Shown here one piece after another: positions 1 to 13,639 of a stretch of DNA of 33,725 nucleotides (within the stretch, counting starts at the first letter, position 1; the number at the start of each line of letters is the position of its first letter). The stretch is from the NCBI RefSeq assembly GCF_006345805.1, contig NW_021831966.1:1-33725 (forward strand), written 5' to 3'. The notes under the pieces are model-generated. The model searched no databases, was not told the origin of the DNA, and saw nothing but the letters and a program-made list of their open reading frames with translations. A program made the position numbers and the translations under genes. The DNA is from Octopus sinensis. Lineage: Eukaryota.

Positions 1-307
1 TTATTATTTTTAATTATACACACAAAACACCACAAACAAAACAACACACACACAACAACACACACACACACACACACATATAATTATATATATTATATAT
101 ATATATATATACATCCATATAGGATAATCAGAGATCTTGAAACTCAATGTTTTTTGAGAACGTGCTAGCTAATATAATCTCCAGTCCCTCATCAGTAATA
201 AGCTCACAACAAGCGTCTACACCGGAGGTACAGCATATTATAGTCCTACACAGGCCGTTTCAGTCTCTAGTTGGTCTAAATCTCCCACCGATCTCTGGTA
301 CATATAA

Positions 308-360
308 GGTCCTGAGGAGTAATTTCAGAAGACCCACGGAGTGAAACTTGAGCAACGACT
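308..360 (+). ncRNA. Decayed hammerhead-like motif
   Basis: GGTC-CTGAGGA-gta-ATTTC...GGAGT-GAAAC-TTG(AG)CAA-C-GACT. Helices I and III pair, helix II relies on wobbles, and the GT of the cleavage triplet is missing. Confidence 0.4.
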
Positions 361-724
361 GCCTACATACAAACGTAATCTATGAATGTGTAGGGACTTC
401 TTAAAAACAGTTTGCAAATATTAGACGGGCAATAAGGCTATCCCTGTTACGGAAAGCATATCTATTCCTACGTAGTTCCAAGAATTTCGTCCTTGAGATG
501 GTGTATCAAGTGCCAGTGAAGAACAAAGAGACACCTACTGTGTCTGATTTAAGTACAAAAATATATACTTTTGAATCTTTGTAAATTCATGAATGTATTA
601 ATATTTATCTCTTCTGAGAGATTTAATTTTTAATTTGATGGATAGCATACACAAAATAACTACATGTTGCATGCTGTAGCTGTGCGTATATATAAATACA
701 TAATATACGTGTATATATAAATGT

Positions 725-1044
725 ACGTGTATACATATGTATGTATGTATGTATTATGTATGTATGTATGTATGTATGTATGTATGTGTATGTAGTATGT
801 ATGTACGTAGACACGCATGTATGCATATGTGAGTATATTCGTATTTTTAATAATGTTCACATATATGCGCGTATGATTTGAATGAGACAAACTTCTCTTA
901 CACTCACGTATAGCGACAGTTTCATCGGAGAAAGAAAATCGACGCCATGCATATATATATATATATATATATATAAACTCTATGATGCCATGATTCTATA
1001 TACACACTACAAGATCTTCAATTCCTATATAAGTATATGTTATG

Positions 1045-1109
<65 letters not shown>

Positions 1110-1183
1110 TATCTTAATATACCTGTATATATATCTAAATGTATTCATACATGCAATCGTACATATATGCATACATACATACA

Positions 1184-1216
<33 letters not shown>

Positions 1217-1615
1217 GTAAATGAGTGTGTGTGTGTGATTATATTAAATATATATATAATAATATGTATATATATATATAAAATATGGTATATATACATA
1301 TATATATATAAATATTATTATATATATATATTATATACGTATATATATATATATTATATATATATACCCATAGGAATTTGTCTGTCAGTATGTAGTATGT
1401 GTTTTTTCGGCTGCTGTTCTTTATGGCTGTTTTGTTTTTATGGACTGATAAATATGTTTATATATCAAAATATAACACGGTCGAATGATATTTTTACTTT
1501 GTATAAGTTTCGCATATACATATATACATACAACCATATATACAAACCTATATATATATATATATATATATAATCTAATAAATATATATATATATTAATA
1601 TATATAAATACATTA

Positions 1616-1685
<70 letters not shown>

Positions 1686-1810
1686 TGTACATACAATATA
1701 TATATATATATATACATATATATATACATATATATGTATATGTGTATGTTTGTGTGATTGTATATTTACGTATAATATTAATATATATATATATATATAT
1801 ACATATATAC
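725..1810. repeat. Compound microsatellite cluster (TATG)n/(TA)n/(CATA)n
   Basis: Read directly from the sequence. Explains the YIYI and HTYI ORFs. Confidence 0.95.
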
Positions 1811-2445
1811 ATGTGTTTGTGTTTTTATGTGTATGTCTCTATATTTGGATATTGTTTTCTATGATTTCTTGTAAAGCTTTAGCGTTTCTGCTTATATTTT
1901 CTTTTAAATTCTTTTGAAGATAATTTTCTACAAATATTCTTCTTTCAAACATTTTCTTGAATACACGAAAATTTATTTATTTATCACAGATATATATGAA
2001 TATTTCCAAGCATTAGTGTTTCTCTGGTAATTTTTTTTTTAATAAATTTAGTATTCTATTCAATAAAATATTCTATTTCAAGTGCCTTTCTATGCATTAA
2101 CTAGTAGATAGCGTTTCGGAAAATTAACACCTGGTTGCTCCCCAAAAATACTATGTAATTTAGGTAGACAACGGCAATAAATTTCTATTCTTGGTTGGTA
2201 TTGTATTCTGCACCCAGAAGAGATAGAAATCGAAGTTAATTAAATCGTAAAGAACCGCCAGTAATTTCGCAAGGTATTTTTTGAAACAGCGAATCACTAA
2301 TTCGCTGTTTCTATTTTGTATGGCAATTAACTCCTAAAACGAAGATAATTTTTTCATTTAGAGTGTTACATTTTAGAGTGATCATTTATATTAATACACA
2401 TTAAGTGTACTTCAGGCGTGTGCAGCCATTAGAGCGTGAGCCTTA

Positions 2446-2538
2446 AACAAGGCTGTTCAAATGTGTTTACAAGGCTGTTCAGATGTGTTTACAAGGCTCT
2501 TCAGATGTTTTTACAAAGATGTTCAGATGTGTTTACAC
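2446..2538. repeat. 22-bp minisatellite, about 4 units
   Basis: TGTTCAGATGTGTTTACAAGGC variants in tandem. Confidence 0.9.
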
Positions 2539-2603
<65 letters not shown>

Positions 2604-2634
2604 CAGAAGATTTGGAGATGATGCACAGGTATTT

Positions 2635-2889
2635 TATATTAGAAGAAATGAGGTACTCAGAAATTCGGATGGTTTTATATTTACAGATATTTATTTGTAT
2701 ATTACATGTTTTTATACATCATATAACTTATATCATGTATTAGCGCTTTCTCCATTCGAGCGGGGTTTTCAAATTTGAAAACCCCACTAGAATGGGAGAA
2801 AGCGCTAATACGTGATGTATAAAAACGTGTAATATACAAATAAATATCTGTAAATATAAAACCATCCGAATTTCTGAGTACCTCATTTC

Positions 2890-2899
<10 letters not shown>
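2635..2899. repeat. Loopless foldback palindrome, about 265 bp
   Basis: Centre GGGGTTTTCAAA|TTTGAAAACCCC at 2773/2774. Arms are near-perfect apart from a 14-nt insertion in the left arm and a few mismatches. Confidence 0.93.
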
Positions 2900-2927
<28 letters not shown>

Positions 2928-2949
2928 TATAAACACACATGCATATATA

Positions 2950-3112
2950 TATAGATGTGATGGACTTCCTCAGAGTTTCCGTCGACCAAATACACTCCCA
3001 AGGCACAAGTCGCCCCGAGGCTAGAAAGAAACAGTTGACCAAGGTGCCACGTATTGGGAGTGAACCGAAAACCACGCAGCTGCAAAGCGTGCTTCTTCAC
3101 TACAGCCTGCGT
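2950..3112 (-). mobile_element. SINE S1, old diverged 5' half
   Basis: CCAAGGTGCCACG, CCGAGGCTA and GTTTCCGTC motifs in S1 order. Confidence 0.65.
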
Positions 3113-3669
3113 GCGACTACGCATAAAGGGCATGTTCTCGCTTTGCATTATATATAGCTTACAGCCCAACACGTATTTTAATTACACTTATGTTCCTACA
3201 AACCCACTAACAACGACCGAAAATACGGACGCCATCACAATTATATTTTCCCTCTGTTTTTCCCTTAGATGTGATTAGCTCATTGCTTTCGCTCAATCGA
3301 TATCTATTGGGTTAGTATTCTTCATCGACTTCAACTTTGGCACAGTTCTGGGGAAACCTGATGTTATATCTGATGTTTAATGCAATTTCGTGTACGAGTT
3401 TTTTGTATTTTTTTTTCTTGTAAGCTAGTGTCAAATTAGTATATGCCTTGATTGGAGAAATCGTGTATAGAAGTTTTTCTTTGATCATGGGAATAATATA
3501 AAATCGCGAGCAACAGACAGAACAATATTTTATTATGGCGGTGTGAAATATAACGATTAAAAAAATATACGATCATGTTATGAAACATATACATACATAC
3601 ATCGATCTATGCATCCATTCATACATATAATATATATATATATATATACACACATTTGAGTACACATAT

Positions 3670-3905
3670 TCTTTTCTTTTATTCTTATATTTGTTTCAGT
3701 CATTTTAGCAGAAACAATCGACCCCAGGACTTATTGTTCGTAAGCCTAGTACATATTCTATTGGTCTATTTTGTCGAACCGCTAGTTAAGGTCCCGTAAA
3801 CACACTAACATCGATTGACAAGCGATGGTGGGGGGGATAAATACAGACACAAAAAACATACACACACACACACATATATATACGACGGGCTTCTTCCAGT
3901 TTTGT
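3670..3905 (-). mobile_element. SINE S1, 3' half
   Basis: TGTTTCAGTCATTT...CGACCCCAGGACTTATT...TACGACGGGCTTC matches the S1 tail and body. Confidence 0.75.
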
Positions 3906-3953
3906 GTCTCTCCTTACTAACCCTCAGTAACGGTTAGTAAGAAGAAAACAAAG

Positions 3954-3997
3954 GACCACTGATGCGGTCACAGGAGTGTGACGAAAGAACTCTGGTC
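3954..3997 (+). ncRNA. Minimal type I hammerhead motif with A9 altered
   Basis: GACCA-CTGATG(CG)-GTCAC(aggagt)GTGAC-GAAA-G(AA)C-TC-TGGTC. Helix I 5 bp, helix II 5 bp, 2-bp helix III, triplet CTC. Confidence 0.65.
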
Positions 3998-4169
3998 GAA
4001 ATAAGATTAAGATTAATGTAAAAAATAAATAACACTGAAGCAAAATAACACCAAATATATAGTGCGTGTGTTTTTATTGGCTAAACTGGCAAAATGACCA
4101 TTCCGAAATATAACAATATCTGTTTCAACAACGAATTCACATAAAAAATCTTGCACAACAAAAAACGTA

Positions 4170-4712
<543 letters not shown>

Positions 4713-4714
4713 AC

Positions 4715-4934
4715 ACACGTACCGTTGGCGATTTTTTTCCCTCTGTCTTCCCTTCCTTTTCCTATGTTTCCGACGAAGAGCTCCACTCGAAGCGTTCAAG
4801 CCCTCCTTGTTTCCTTCTTTCCTGAGCGTCCAGTAATACTATATTTGTTCCACGTCCTCGCGCTGTTGTGTTTTTTTGTGCTTTCTTGTTTGGATTAACT
4901 TTCAAAATGTGACCTCGTGTGTACCGTTTGCGAT
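4715..4934 (+). mobile_element. (TA)n-flanked short repeat, copy 1, with terminal direct repeat and minimal hammerhead
   Basis: Clearly homologous to 16611-16815. Terminal direct repeat GTACCGTT(G/T)GCGAT near 4719 and 4921. Flanked by TA tracts. Confidence 0.75.
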
Positions 4935-5544
4935 ATATATGCGTGTTTCTGTGTGTGTGTGCACGCATTTGTGCGAGTCTATGTGCCTTCGCGTTTACTT
5001 TTGACATCTCTGCATATATTTCAACGATTGAAACCAGTAAATGAAGAAGTGATATTTTAACTATTGCTAACATTCCAAAGATAAACTTTAAGCCTTGAAT
5101 CCATTGTTATTTCGTTCTGCTTTATCCTCTTCCGTTACTTAGGGGACATTAAACATATATATTCAGTTTGTTACGTACGTGTCATAACCTTGTAAATAAT
5201 GTACAAAGTATTCTAAGAGTTTCGTAGAGATGCGACACCGCTTCCTTCTTCTGATCAATTAGGAACTCTATATCTTCATATATTTCAATCTAAAATATTA
5301 TCAGACTCAGGGAGATAAAATATTAAAGCTGGTTTTCAGAAATCTTAAGAATGTTAAAGTTCTGATTCACTTATATCGATCTACTAAACCTTTAGAAGAT
5401 GTTTCCAGTACATCGCAGGAGCTAAAATATGTAACGCATATATCATCTAAGTGTTCTGTGGTTAAGAGGAAAGTGTTTCGCGCCAGTTCTGTATTTGATC
5501 ACATGGCGCAGCGACTACTTCAAGAGCCTTATTATATAATATAT

Positions 5545-5596
<52 letters not shown>

Positions 5597-5632
5597 TGTA
5601 AATATAATATGTGACAATTATTCGGTAGCCAT

Positions 5633-5693
5633 GATAAAGCTCCGAGTTTCGGATGCCGAGGTAGAAATCCACACCGCCATCTCTTCAGTTATC
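5633..5693 (-). ncRNA. Degenerate type I hammerhead motif
   Basis: Minus strand GATAA-CTGAAGA-GATG...CATC-C-GAAAC-TCGGAG-CT-TTATC. Helix I 5 bp and core intact, but the cleavage dinucleotide reads CT rather than TC. Confidence 0.5.
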
Positions 5694-5966
5694 CGGCCAT
5701 CGAAAAAAATGCTATGAAAAATGTCCGTTATACAAAGGGAAATTACTGTGTGATTGACCGGTATTAAGACAAAAGAGCTATTCGAATGACCGCTAAGTGA
5801 GGGGAGGGGGTAAAAGTAAGGGGGTAAAAATGTTCATAGTATTCGCGTAAGCACACATGTTCATACCTACACATGTGCGCCCACACACCCACGTGCATGC
5901 GCCTAAAAGTATACACTCATCTGCCCTCACTTGAAACGCATACAAACTCACCCGCACCATTCGCCA

Positions 5967-5999
<33 letters not shown>

Positions 6000-6269
6000 T
6001 ACAAACCCACACATATACGCACCAAAAAGGTTTCATACATATGTCTATATACTCACAAACAATTGAAAACAGGGCTAAGGGTACTAAATAAGAACATTTA
6101 TATGCTGTATAGGAAGCCCAATAATGTACTTAGTTATATTATTAAGGTTCCTGCCATCCTCCTATTGTGTTTAAATAACCTATACACCTGTCACCAGCCC
6201 AATGATAAAGAAGAGGAAACATAGGAATAGGAAAACCATCTGGTTCACAACCCCCTACTCACCCGAGGT

Positions 6270-6420
6270 GACCTTCAATATATACAACATGAAATACGAA
6301 AACATGGAATACGAACGTTTTTTGCGAACAGCGATAGAAACAAATGGAAAACAGGACAATTGACAAAGTGAACCACCCTTCATCAGTTGTAGGCTGTTCT
6401 ACGTACTCCGCATTTCGAGT
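6270..6420. mobile_element. Interspersed repeat containing CCCTTCATCAGTTGT...TACTCCGC, copy 1
   Basis: Aligns by eye with 33430-33570 (GAAAACAT...CGAAC-TTTTTT-CGAA...CCCTTCATCAGTTGT...TACTCCGC). Confidence 0.55.
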
Positions 6421-8510
6421 AATTATGTACATACACAACAAATTTCTTGCAGTTTCCGTCTACCACATCAATTGATATCCTTCTAAGCAAACACTAGAGT
6501 GTGCATATGATTTAAAATGCATTCAACCTTTCTAGACTACGGTACAAGAAGTCACATATATGTACGTGTGCTTGTGTTTGTGTAAACTGTTACTTTAAGA
6601 TAAGGTTATCCGTAATAGGATGAGTTTATGCATCTGGATAGCAAAAGTTGCATTATATTTATGTATAGCATAATAACTATACTGGTCATTGAGTATAGAT
6701 ATTATACTTTTCATAATCTCTATACGCTTCGTTATGTAGCTCAGTGTAATGCGGCTTATGCATAAATGATAAGTTACAAGCGTTAATCCTTATGTGGGTA
6801 ATTAAGGTAACATAACCTCCGCAAGGAATAGCTGAATGAAATGCATCAGTAGACCACGGAAGTCAACGAAATTCAACTATTTTCGGTACAGTTTCCAACC
6901 AAAATTCGTCGGTGTTACACTAATATAAATACGAAAATACAATAACAATAACAGGACATTAATATAGTGTTGTATAGTTTATAAATTGTATTCTTATTAC
7001 AACAATGTTGCTTGTTACTTCTGAAACTATTGGTAGGTTTTGGATATGCACTATGTATCGTCCCTCAATTCGTAAATAATAATATTGCTTAGCTCATCGA
7101 GAACAATAATTAATACTTGTTTTCTTTATATTAATGATTTCTATCGATTCACTAGATTCTCCCTCCCATAATATGCGAGTAACTATCATTATTTAACTTC
7201 AAATCTGGATGCCCCTAAAAAATTAGTAACTAGTAATATAAACTTAAGGCTGCAAATGCGATAACCAAAATACCCCATAGATATCTATTTAGGCTATAGT
7301 AATGGAAATCAAATTTACAATTTTTTAAAAAATTTTAGTGGTAACGAGATTGAACTGTAAAATATGTATTCATTCAACAGCCAAGTTGATTTAATTTCTT
7401 AAAAGTATTCTAAGACATTCTGAAAATGCCTATTTTGAAACAACTTGCCTACATTGAAACAGCACCTCTCTCACTAGAAAATAGGTTTGTAGTTGCTAAC
7501 GATTTCATTTGAAACAATGCGACTGTGGTTGACTTTCAATTAGTAAAAATAGCAAGCTAGTTGGTACACAAATTAGTTGTAAGATTGTAATGTAATTTCA
7601 TTATAACATTGTAGTGTGGTTTAATCATTTAATTGATGATAGCAATCAATAGCTTCTCTCTCCAATCGGGAATTCATCTTTAATGAGAATGTATTTGTGT
7701 CCGATTCTATACCAAGAATATTCCACTAATATTCAACCCTCTTCTTGGTTCAACATAATATTTCTTGTGAAAAATAAAATACAGTAATAAATCTCCACCA
7801 CTATCGAGTTTCGCAAACACGAATGCTTTTAATACTTGTGGGGAAAATCAAACATACACTCGTAACAAACTGGAAGAAAGTTACAGAAATACTTTTCATT
7901 ATTGGAAATAATATGAGTGTTTTGGCAAAACCGTTAGAATGACAGATGAAATTCCTTGGGGTATTGCTTCCTATTTCTCTTATTATGGATTGGTACAATT
8001 TTATCGATACAAATAGATAAAAGGAAGCGAAGCTGACCTCAACAAGGTTTTATCTTGAACTACCGATGTTCGAAAGCGATATCTTGGGGCATCCTGTCCA
8101 TCACTTTGACGATTTTACCAATTTATCTTTGTATTTGTGTTATGGAAATCGTGAAATCAAATATATATTTCAAGCATTCGAATACCAGTTATTGTAATAC
8201 AACGAAACACACTTCAATCTCTCTGTCACTTGTTCCTCAAATAGAAATAATACATACATATATAAATACATATATGCATACATAAAAGCATATATACATG
8301 CATGCATGCATACATACATACATACATACATACATACAAAACGCAAATTCTTTATTCATATGCTACAAATGATCAGGATATTTGGGATTATACAAAACTG
8401 CAAGACCTTGAGGTCTAAAGGACATTGGATAGAAGAAGATGCTTTCTTTCACAACCTTGCTACGAAGAGGTAACCGGTCAAAATGTACTCTAAATTAAAA
8501 ATAGGACTTT

Positions 8511-8511
<1 letters not shown>

Positions 8512-8591
<80 letters not shown>

Positions 8592-8734
8592 TTATCTACC
8601 TATCTATCTATCTATCCATTTACATATATTCCTGTGTCCGTGTGTGTATTTATATGTATATATACATAGATATAAATATACACTCATATATATACATGTA
8701 AATTTATATATATGTGTGTATGCGTGTATGTGTA

Positions 8735-8783
<49 letters not shown>

Positions 8784-8795
8784 TATATATATACA
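8512..8795. repeat. (TATC)n and (TA)n microsatellites
   Basis: Read directly from the sequence. Confidence 0.95.
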
Positions 8796-8959
8796 TATGT
8801 AAACCTAGATGGCCTGAGTACCTTTCATATCGTGAGTGTTCATGTGTGTGTGTCTCCCATGTCAAACGGTATGTCATAAAAGAAAGAAAAAAAGACAACA
8901 ATTTTTTCGGATATTGAGTTAAGTGGATCCGATAAAGATCGTGACCCAATGAATTGATG

Positions 8960-10330
8960 AATGCGGCAGTAGTAAAAGACAAGAAGATTACTGCACCAAT
9001 TGCTAATGTACTAGATATTTGAAAAGTATTTGAAGACGAGAGTGTATCATGAATTTTTCAGAGCACAATATGAAGCATTTGCGAAGGTTATTTGTGAAAG
9101 TATACGTTCGGAGCAATTTCGATCCTTTACTACATGAATGTGGAAAGAAAATAGCTTAGAGCAGTAGAATGAAAGGTAATAATAAATTGAAAGAAAATAT
9201 CAAGTCTACTTGAGGTAGCATTTCTCAAAATATCTGCTCAGTAATCAGTATTTCCAGTTCCGACAGCAGAGGCAACACAAAAGAGAAACATTTTGAAATA
9301 TGGCCGTCGCAATGGAAGAGTTACAGAGGCAAAAAGTAAAAGAAATTTTTATGTATTCGAAATGTGGAAGCTTGATAAAGGACATTGAAAGGAGTTATGA
9401 CTGATATGTTACAATCAAAGTATGGCAGGCTGCGTATGGGCTTTGTTGTTAAGTGAAAGAAATATTCAATATGTATCATGAAGAACGAAGAAAAAAGTTA
9501 GTGATTGATGGAGAGAAAAATTCATTTTCTGAGCTGGATTCGAAAACATTATTCCTTCAAAATACAGAGAGCTTTCCTAGAGTGAATAATGGAAATGGGA
9601 AATACTTCATTCAAGAATATAAATAAAGCCTTAAAACCACCAGATCAGAAAGCGAACGGTGTAGTTGATTATATACTCCTTATTATGTATTATTTATCTG
9701 GGATGTTAGTGTCTCACAATTTTGATATGCGGTGATTAAATGCTACAGTCGGTTGTCGTTTTACTATACAATTATATCTTCCAACTGCATTACAGTTCGT
9801 TTTAAGCACATATAAGAGGGACATTCGTATAGTGTTACTGATAAAAATGTCGTGTTTTATTTTTCACCATGGCTTTCCATTCACTTCATGTAATGCATGC
9901 ATGTTGACAACTCAACATACGGAAGTACACAACACACATGATTTTCAGCCATTTCATCATACAATTTTTAAATGGTTGTGCAAAGGAAATTAATCTTCAC
10001 ATCTGCGCACAAAACCTGTGTTAAATTTTAAAGAAAAGTCACTAATAGAATATTGGAACCGCAAAAGGGAATATCAGATACACATAATAATGGATTAGAA
10101 AAGGAAATTTGAAGTAACGTATTACAGAGATAAAAAGAGGCGACTTGGTTTTATGGCGAGATAGTTTCATGTTATGAAAGAGTTTATGCAGAATACACAA
10201 AGATGGGAAAAGCCATGGTTTTGGAAACTAAATTAATTCAGTTATAATAGCATTGTATTCTGTCGCTCAATCATGTATCAACTGTGGTGGAACACACATA
10301 AATAGAAAGAGTTTTCGTGGTGTTCTGAAG
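8960..10330 (+). pseudogene. Heavily decayed RTE-like LINE ORF2 (end of endonuclease to start of RT)
   Basis: Colinear motif remnants across frameshifts: VKDKKI..HQLLMY (~VKDCKV..QHRLL), INKALKPPDQKANGVVDYI (~KALK..GKA.G.DGI), LGFMAR (~FGFM.GR), ALYSVA..LWW (~KAFDSV..IWW). May resume at about 11050-11430 (IFGKEKIIIAYET ~ LFADD.V.IAE) beyond the SINE insertions. Confidence 0.6.
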
Positions 10331-10424
10331 CTTTCTGCGTAACATTTCCCAACCACTGCTTAAACACATATATGTATCTGTGTGTGTGTGTGTGGTGTGT
10401 GTGTGTGTGTGTGTTCATTTGCAA

Positions 10425-10803
10425 CTGGTTTCAGATTTCGAGGGAAGGGTTAGGTCAAGTCGATTACATTAAGTGCTTGGCTGGTTCTTATTTTATCGAA
10501 CCCGAAAATATGAGTGGCAAAGTACAGACGGAAGAAATATCCGTTTCTACTCTAGTCACAAGGCCCGAAATTTTTGGGGAGAGGGGCAGTCGATTAGAGC
10601 GACCCCAGTACTGGTACTGGCAACTGGTACTTAATTTATCAACCCCGAAAGGATGAAAGGCAAAGTCGACCTCGGCGGAATTTGAACTCAGAACGTAAAG
10701 ACAGACGAAATACCTATTTCTTTATTACCCTCAAGGGGCTAAACACGGAAGGGACAAACAAAGACAGACAAACGGATTAAGTCGATTACATCGACCCCAG
10801 TGC
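10425..10803 (-). mobile_element. SINE S2 headless composite of two to three bodies
   Basis: CCCGAAAGGATGAAAGGCAAAGTCGACCTCGGCGGAATTTGAACTCAGAACG plus flanking partial bodies with different tails. Confidence 0.8.
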
Positions 10804-10811
10804 GCAACAGG

Positions 10812-10952
10812 GTTCGTTATCATCCCCTGCCAGTCTCGTGGGTATTTAGGTATTTTCGCTCAATAAACACTCACAATGACCGGTCTGGGAATCGAAGCAG
10901 ATATTCTAGGACTGCAAATCGGCTGCTCTAACCAGTATGTTATTGTGCCTCC
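10812..10952 (-). mobile_element. SINE S3, diverged 5' fragment
   Basis: TCGCTCAATAAACACTCACAATGACCGGTCTGGGAATCGAA. Confidence 0.75.
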
Positions 10953-11485
10953 ACACACACATACACGCACACATATAAACTCAAAAACGTGATAAACAAG
11001 GGAGGTAATTAAAATGAGAGAAGGCAGTGGCTGTAGAATAATCAATAAAAATGTATTTTACAGAATGTTGTACAAAATAATTTTTTAATGAAAAGAGAAC
11101 TAAGAAATTTGAATAAAAAATTACGCATGCCTCGCTTGAGGTGCACTTCAGTTACACAATATTTTCTGCCTACACCACAGGAGAATTATATTCAGCTAAT
11201 TGTACTGCATTCTTTATATCAGTCTTGTATATTTGGCAAAGAGAAAATCATCATAGCGTATGAAACGTACCAAAGTATATTACACATTCTATGTAAATTA
11301 CTGAAGTTGCCAGCGAAGATAAAACCGTTATGTGTTTGAAGATCTGGAATTATGATATTTTCAAAGTCTATTGTCTTCTCTTGAATACGGCTATATGAAG
11401 TATTTCTACAAAGATGAATAATATTAAGAAATTACTCTAGTGTCCATGTTCTTTACGGTTTTTATGATATTCTATATGACTAGTA

Positions 11486-12069
11486 TATTTCTTTCTGCCA
11501 TAGACACAAAGTCTGAAATTTTTGGGGAGGAGGATAATGAATTATATCGACCCCCGTGTTCGACTGATACTTATTTCATGAACCCTAAAAGAACGAAAGA
11601 CAAAGTCAACCGCAGTAGTATATGAATTCAGAACGTAAAACCGGATGAAATACCTGTTTCTTTATTACCCACAAGGGGCTAAACATAGAGGGAACAAACA
11701 AGGACAGACAGAATGATTAAGTTGATTACATCGACCCCAGTGCGTAACTGGTACTTAATTTATCGACCCCGAAAGGATGAAAGGCAAAGTCGACCTCGGC
11801 AGAATTAGAACTCAGAAGGTAGCGGCAGACGAAATACCTGTTTCTTTATTACCCACAAGGAGCTAAACACAGAGGGGACAAACAAGGACAGACAGACGGA
11901 TTAAGTCGATTACATCGACCCCAGTGCGTAACTGGTACTTAATTTATCGACCCCGAAAGGATGAAAGGCAAAGTCGACCTCGGCGGTATTTGAACTCCGA
12001 ACGTTGCGGCAGACGAAATACCGCTAAGCATTTTATCCGGCGTGCAGACGATTCCGTCAAATCACCGCC
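11486..12069 (-). mobile_element. SINE S2, head plus three bodies
   Basis: GAAATAC junctions at 12015, 11831 and 11647 (184-bp spacing). The last body has a different tail. Confidence 0.88.
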
Positions 12070-12887
12070 TCATAGAGCTTGTATAATAATACCCCTTAAA
12101 AGTGGTATCATTTTTTTTTAGTTGTTAATCTTATGATATAAGAATGTGTTATTTGATATCTTCATTCACCTTTCTGTGTCAGCATGAGATGGTGACTTGA
12201 GGAAACCTGCGAAAATTAGACGATTTCAAAACCTTTATTTTAATGATTTAAAATGGCGAAAATCATTTTTCTTTTCATAATGGAACCTAACATTTTGGTT
12301 TGGATCTTCGAAGGCTTCCTTGCATTATTTTCAAATGTCTTGTCACACAACAATCACTAGAACTCTCTCATTACTGACTGGAGAAATAAAATTAATTCTC
12401 TTCAAATAATTTTGTAAATCTTGCCTACATATTTCTCATTAGCTCCGCGAGCTCATTTACAGAAAATTAATGAGCTCTACTCCAAATTCCAAATCGCTAT
12501 AACATGACAACAATATCGCATAAAACGATATCTTCAAAGTCATGCTAATGAGCTTAAATAATTCAAAAATGTAATTGCATTACAATATTGTACTAATCCC
12601 AGTATTGCAGTATTCCCTTTCATTTCCCCCATCGATAAGAAAGATATCGCAAAGAAATATACGAAAGAAAAAAACGTTAGGAAAAACGAAAGAAAAAGTT
12701 TCCTTTATAAATCACGATAGATCTATTGAAGAGGTAGTAAGTGAAAAAAAAACGCTTCATTTCGATCAAGGACCCACCTCTCAAGAATTATCAATCAAAA
12801 TGGTACGCACCATTTTATTGAAAATAGTGTTATATACATACATATATGCATAAATATATACAGATATACATCCATCCATATTATATA

Positions 12888-12918
<31 letters not shown>

Positions 12919-13639
12919 TAGAATAGGTGTGGGAGACGGTATCTGGCTAGTTTGAATACAAAACACGTAGAGTATTTTGCCCGTGGATACCCAATATAAA
13001 TGCTAATGGGTTAAAAAGTTCGAGCACAAAATGAAATTAGAGTTCAACCGACACATTAATCTAACTTGACGTTTCATTTAACCTAAACACTTCTAAAAAT
13101 TATGCATTCAGAAAATCCACGAATTCCTGTGATGAAACAGCTTGAATAAGATTAACAGATAAATCTTACATCAATATGCAAATTAAAAACACATATCCTT
13201 TAATAAATGAAGAAGTAGGAGAATAACAACAAACAATTTCAATGATAGGCAAACCAACTATCCCATATATAAGACAAAACATACACCATCTAATATGTCA
13301 TAAAAGCCGATTTGTCACAGTTCTCGCCTCGACAGCGCAGAAGCATGAAACGTGAGTCACGAATTCAGAAATTCGGGTTAATTAAACCATATGATGTTTT
13401 GAAATTGAATATAAATATTTAAACAAAAAAGAAAGCATCATTTAAATGAGGGTGAAAAAGTGGTAACATGCTGCATAGGCGCCCAGCTCTGAGAGAATAT
13501 TTCCTGATAGAATAAGCAACTGTATGATGCTGCATATAGTTACATAATTTCTATTCTTTGCCATTTATTAAATGTTATAATGCCCTTGATGTGATAAAGT
13601 ATAAATATATCGAGTTTTAATACTTATTTATTAGTATCG

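Noticed and set aside
623-1812. Long ORFs rich in YI/HT/CV dipeptides, here and at 4081, 26715, 28802-29906 and 33139
   Set aside because: These are translations of (TA)n, (CATA)n, (GT)n and (TATC)n microsatellites.
5440-5525. GCGCC/GGCGC-GAAAC hairpin on the minus strand next to (TA)n
   Set aside because: No CTGANGA core in register.
6365-6420. Possible type II hammerhead on the minus strand (ACTC-GAAA...CTGATGA-A-GGGT)
   Set aside because: Helices I and III are imperfect and the paralog at ~33540 lacks the GAAA strand.
11440-11625. ORF with a signal-peptide-like N-terminus (MSMFFTVFMIFYM...)
   Set aside because: It starts at GTG, and from residue ~16 it reads through the antisense S2 SINE tail.
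12995-13015. TTAACCC piggyBac-like end on the minus strand
   Set aside because: No partner end found, and too short to call.
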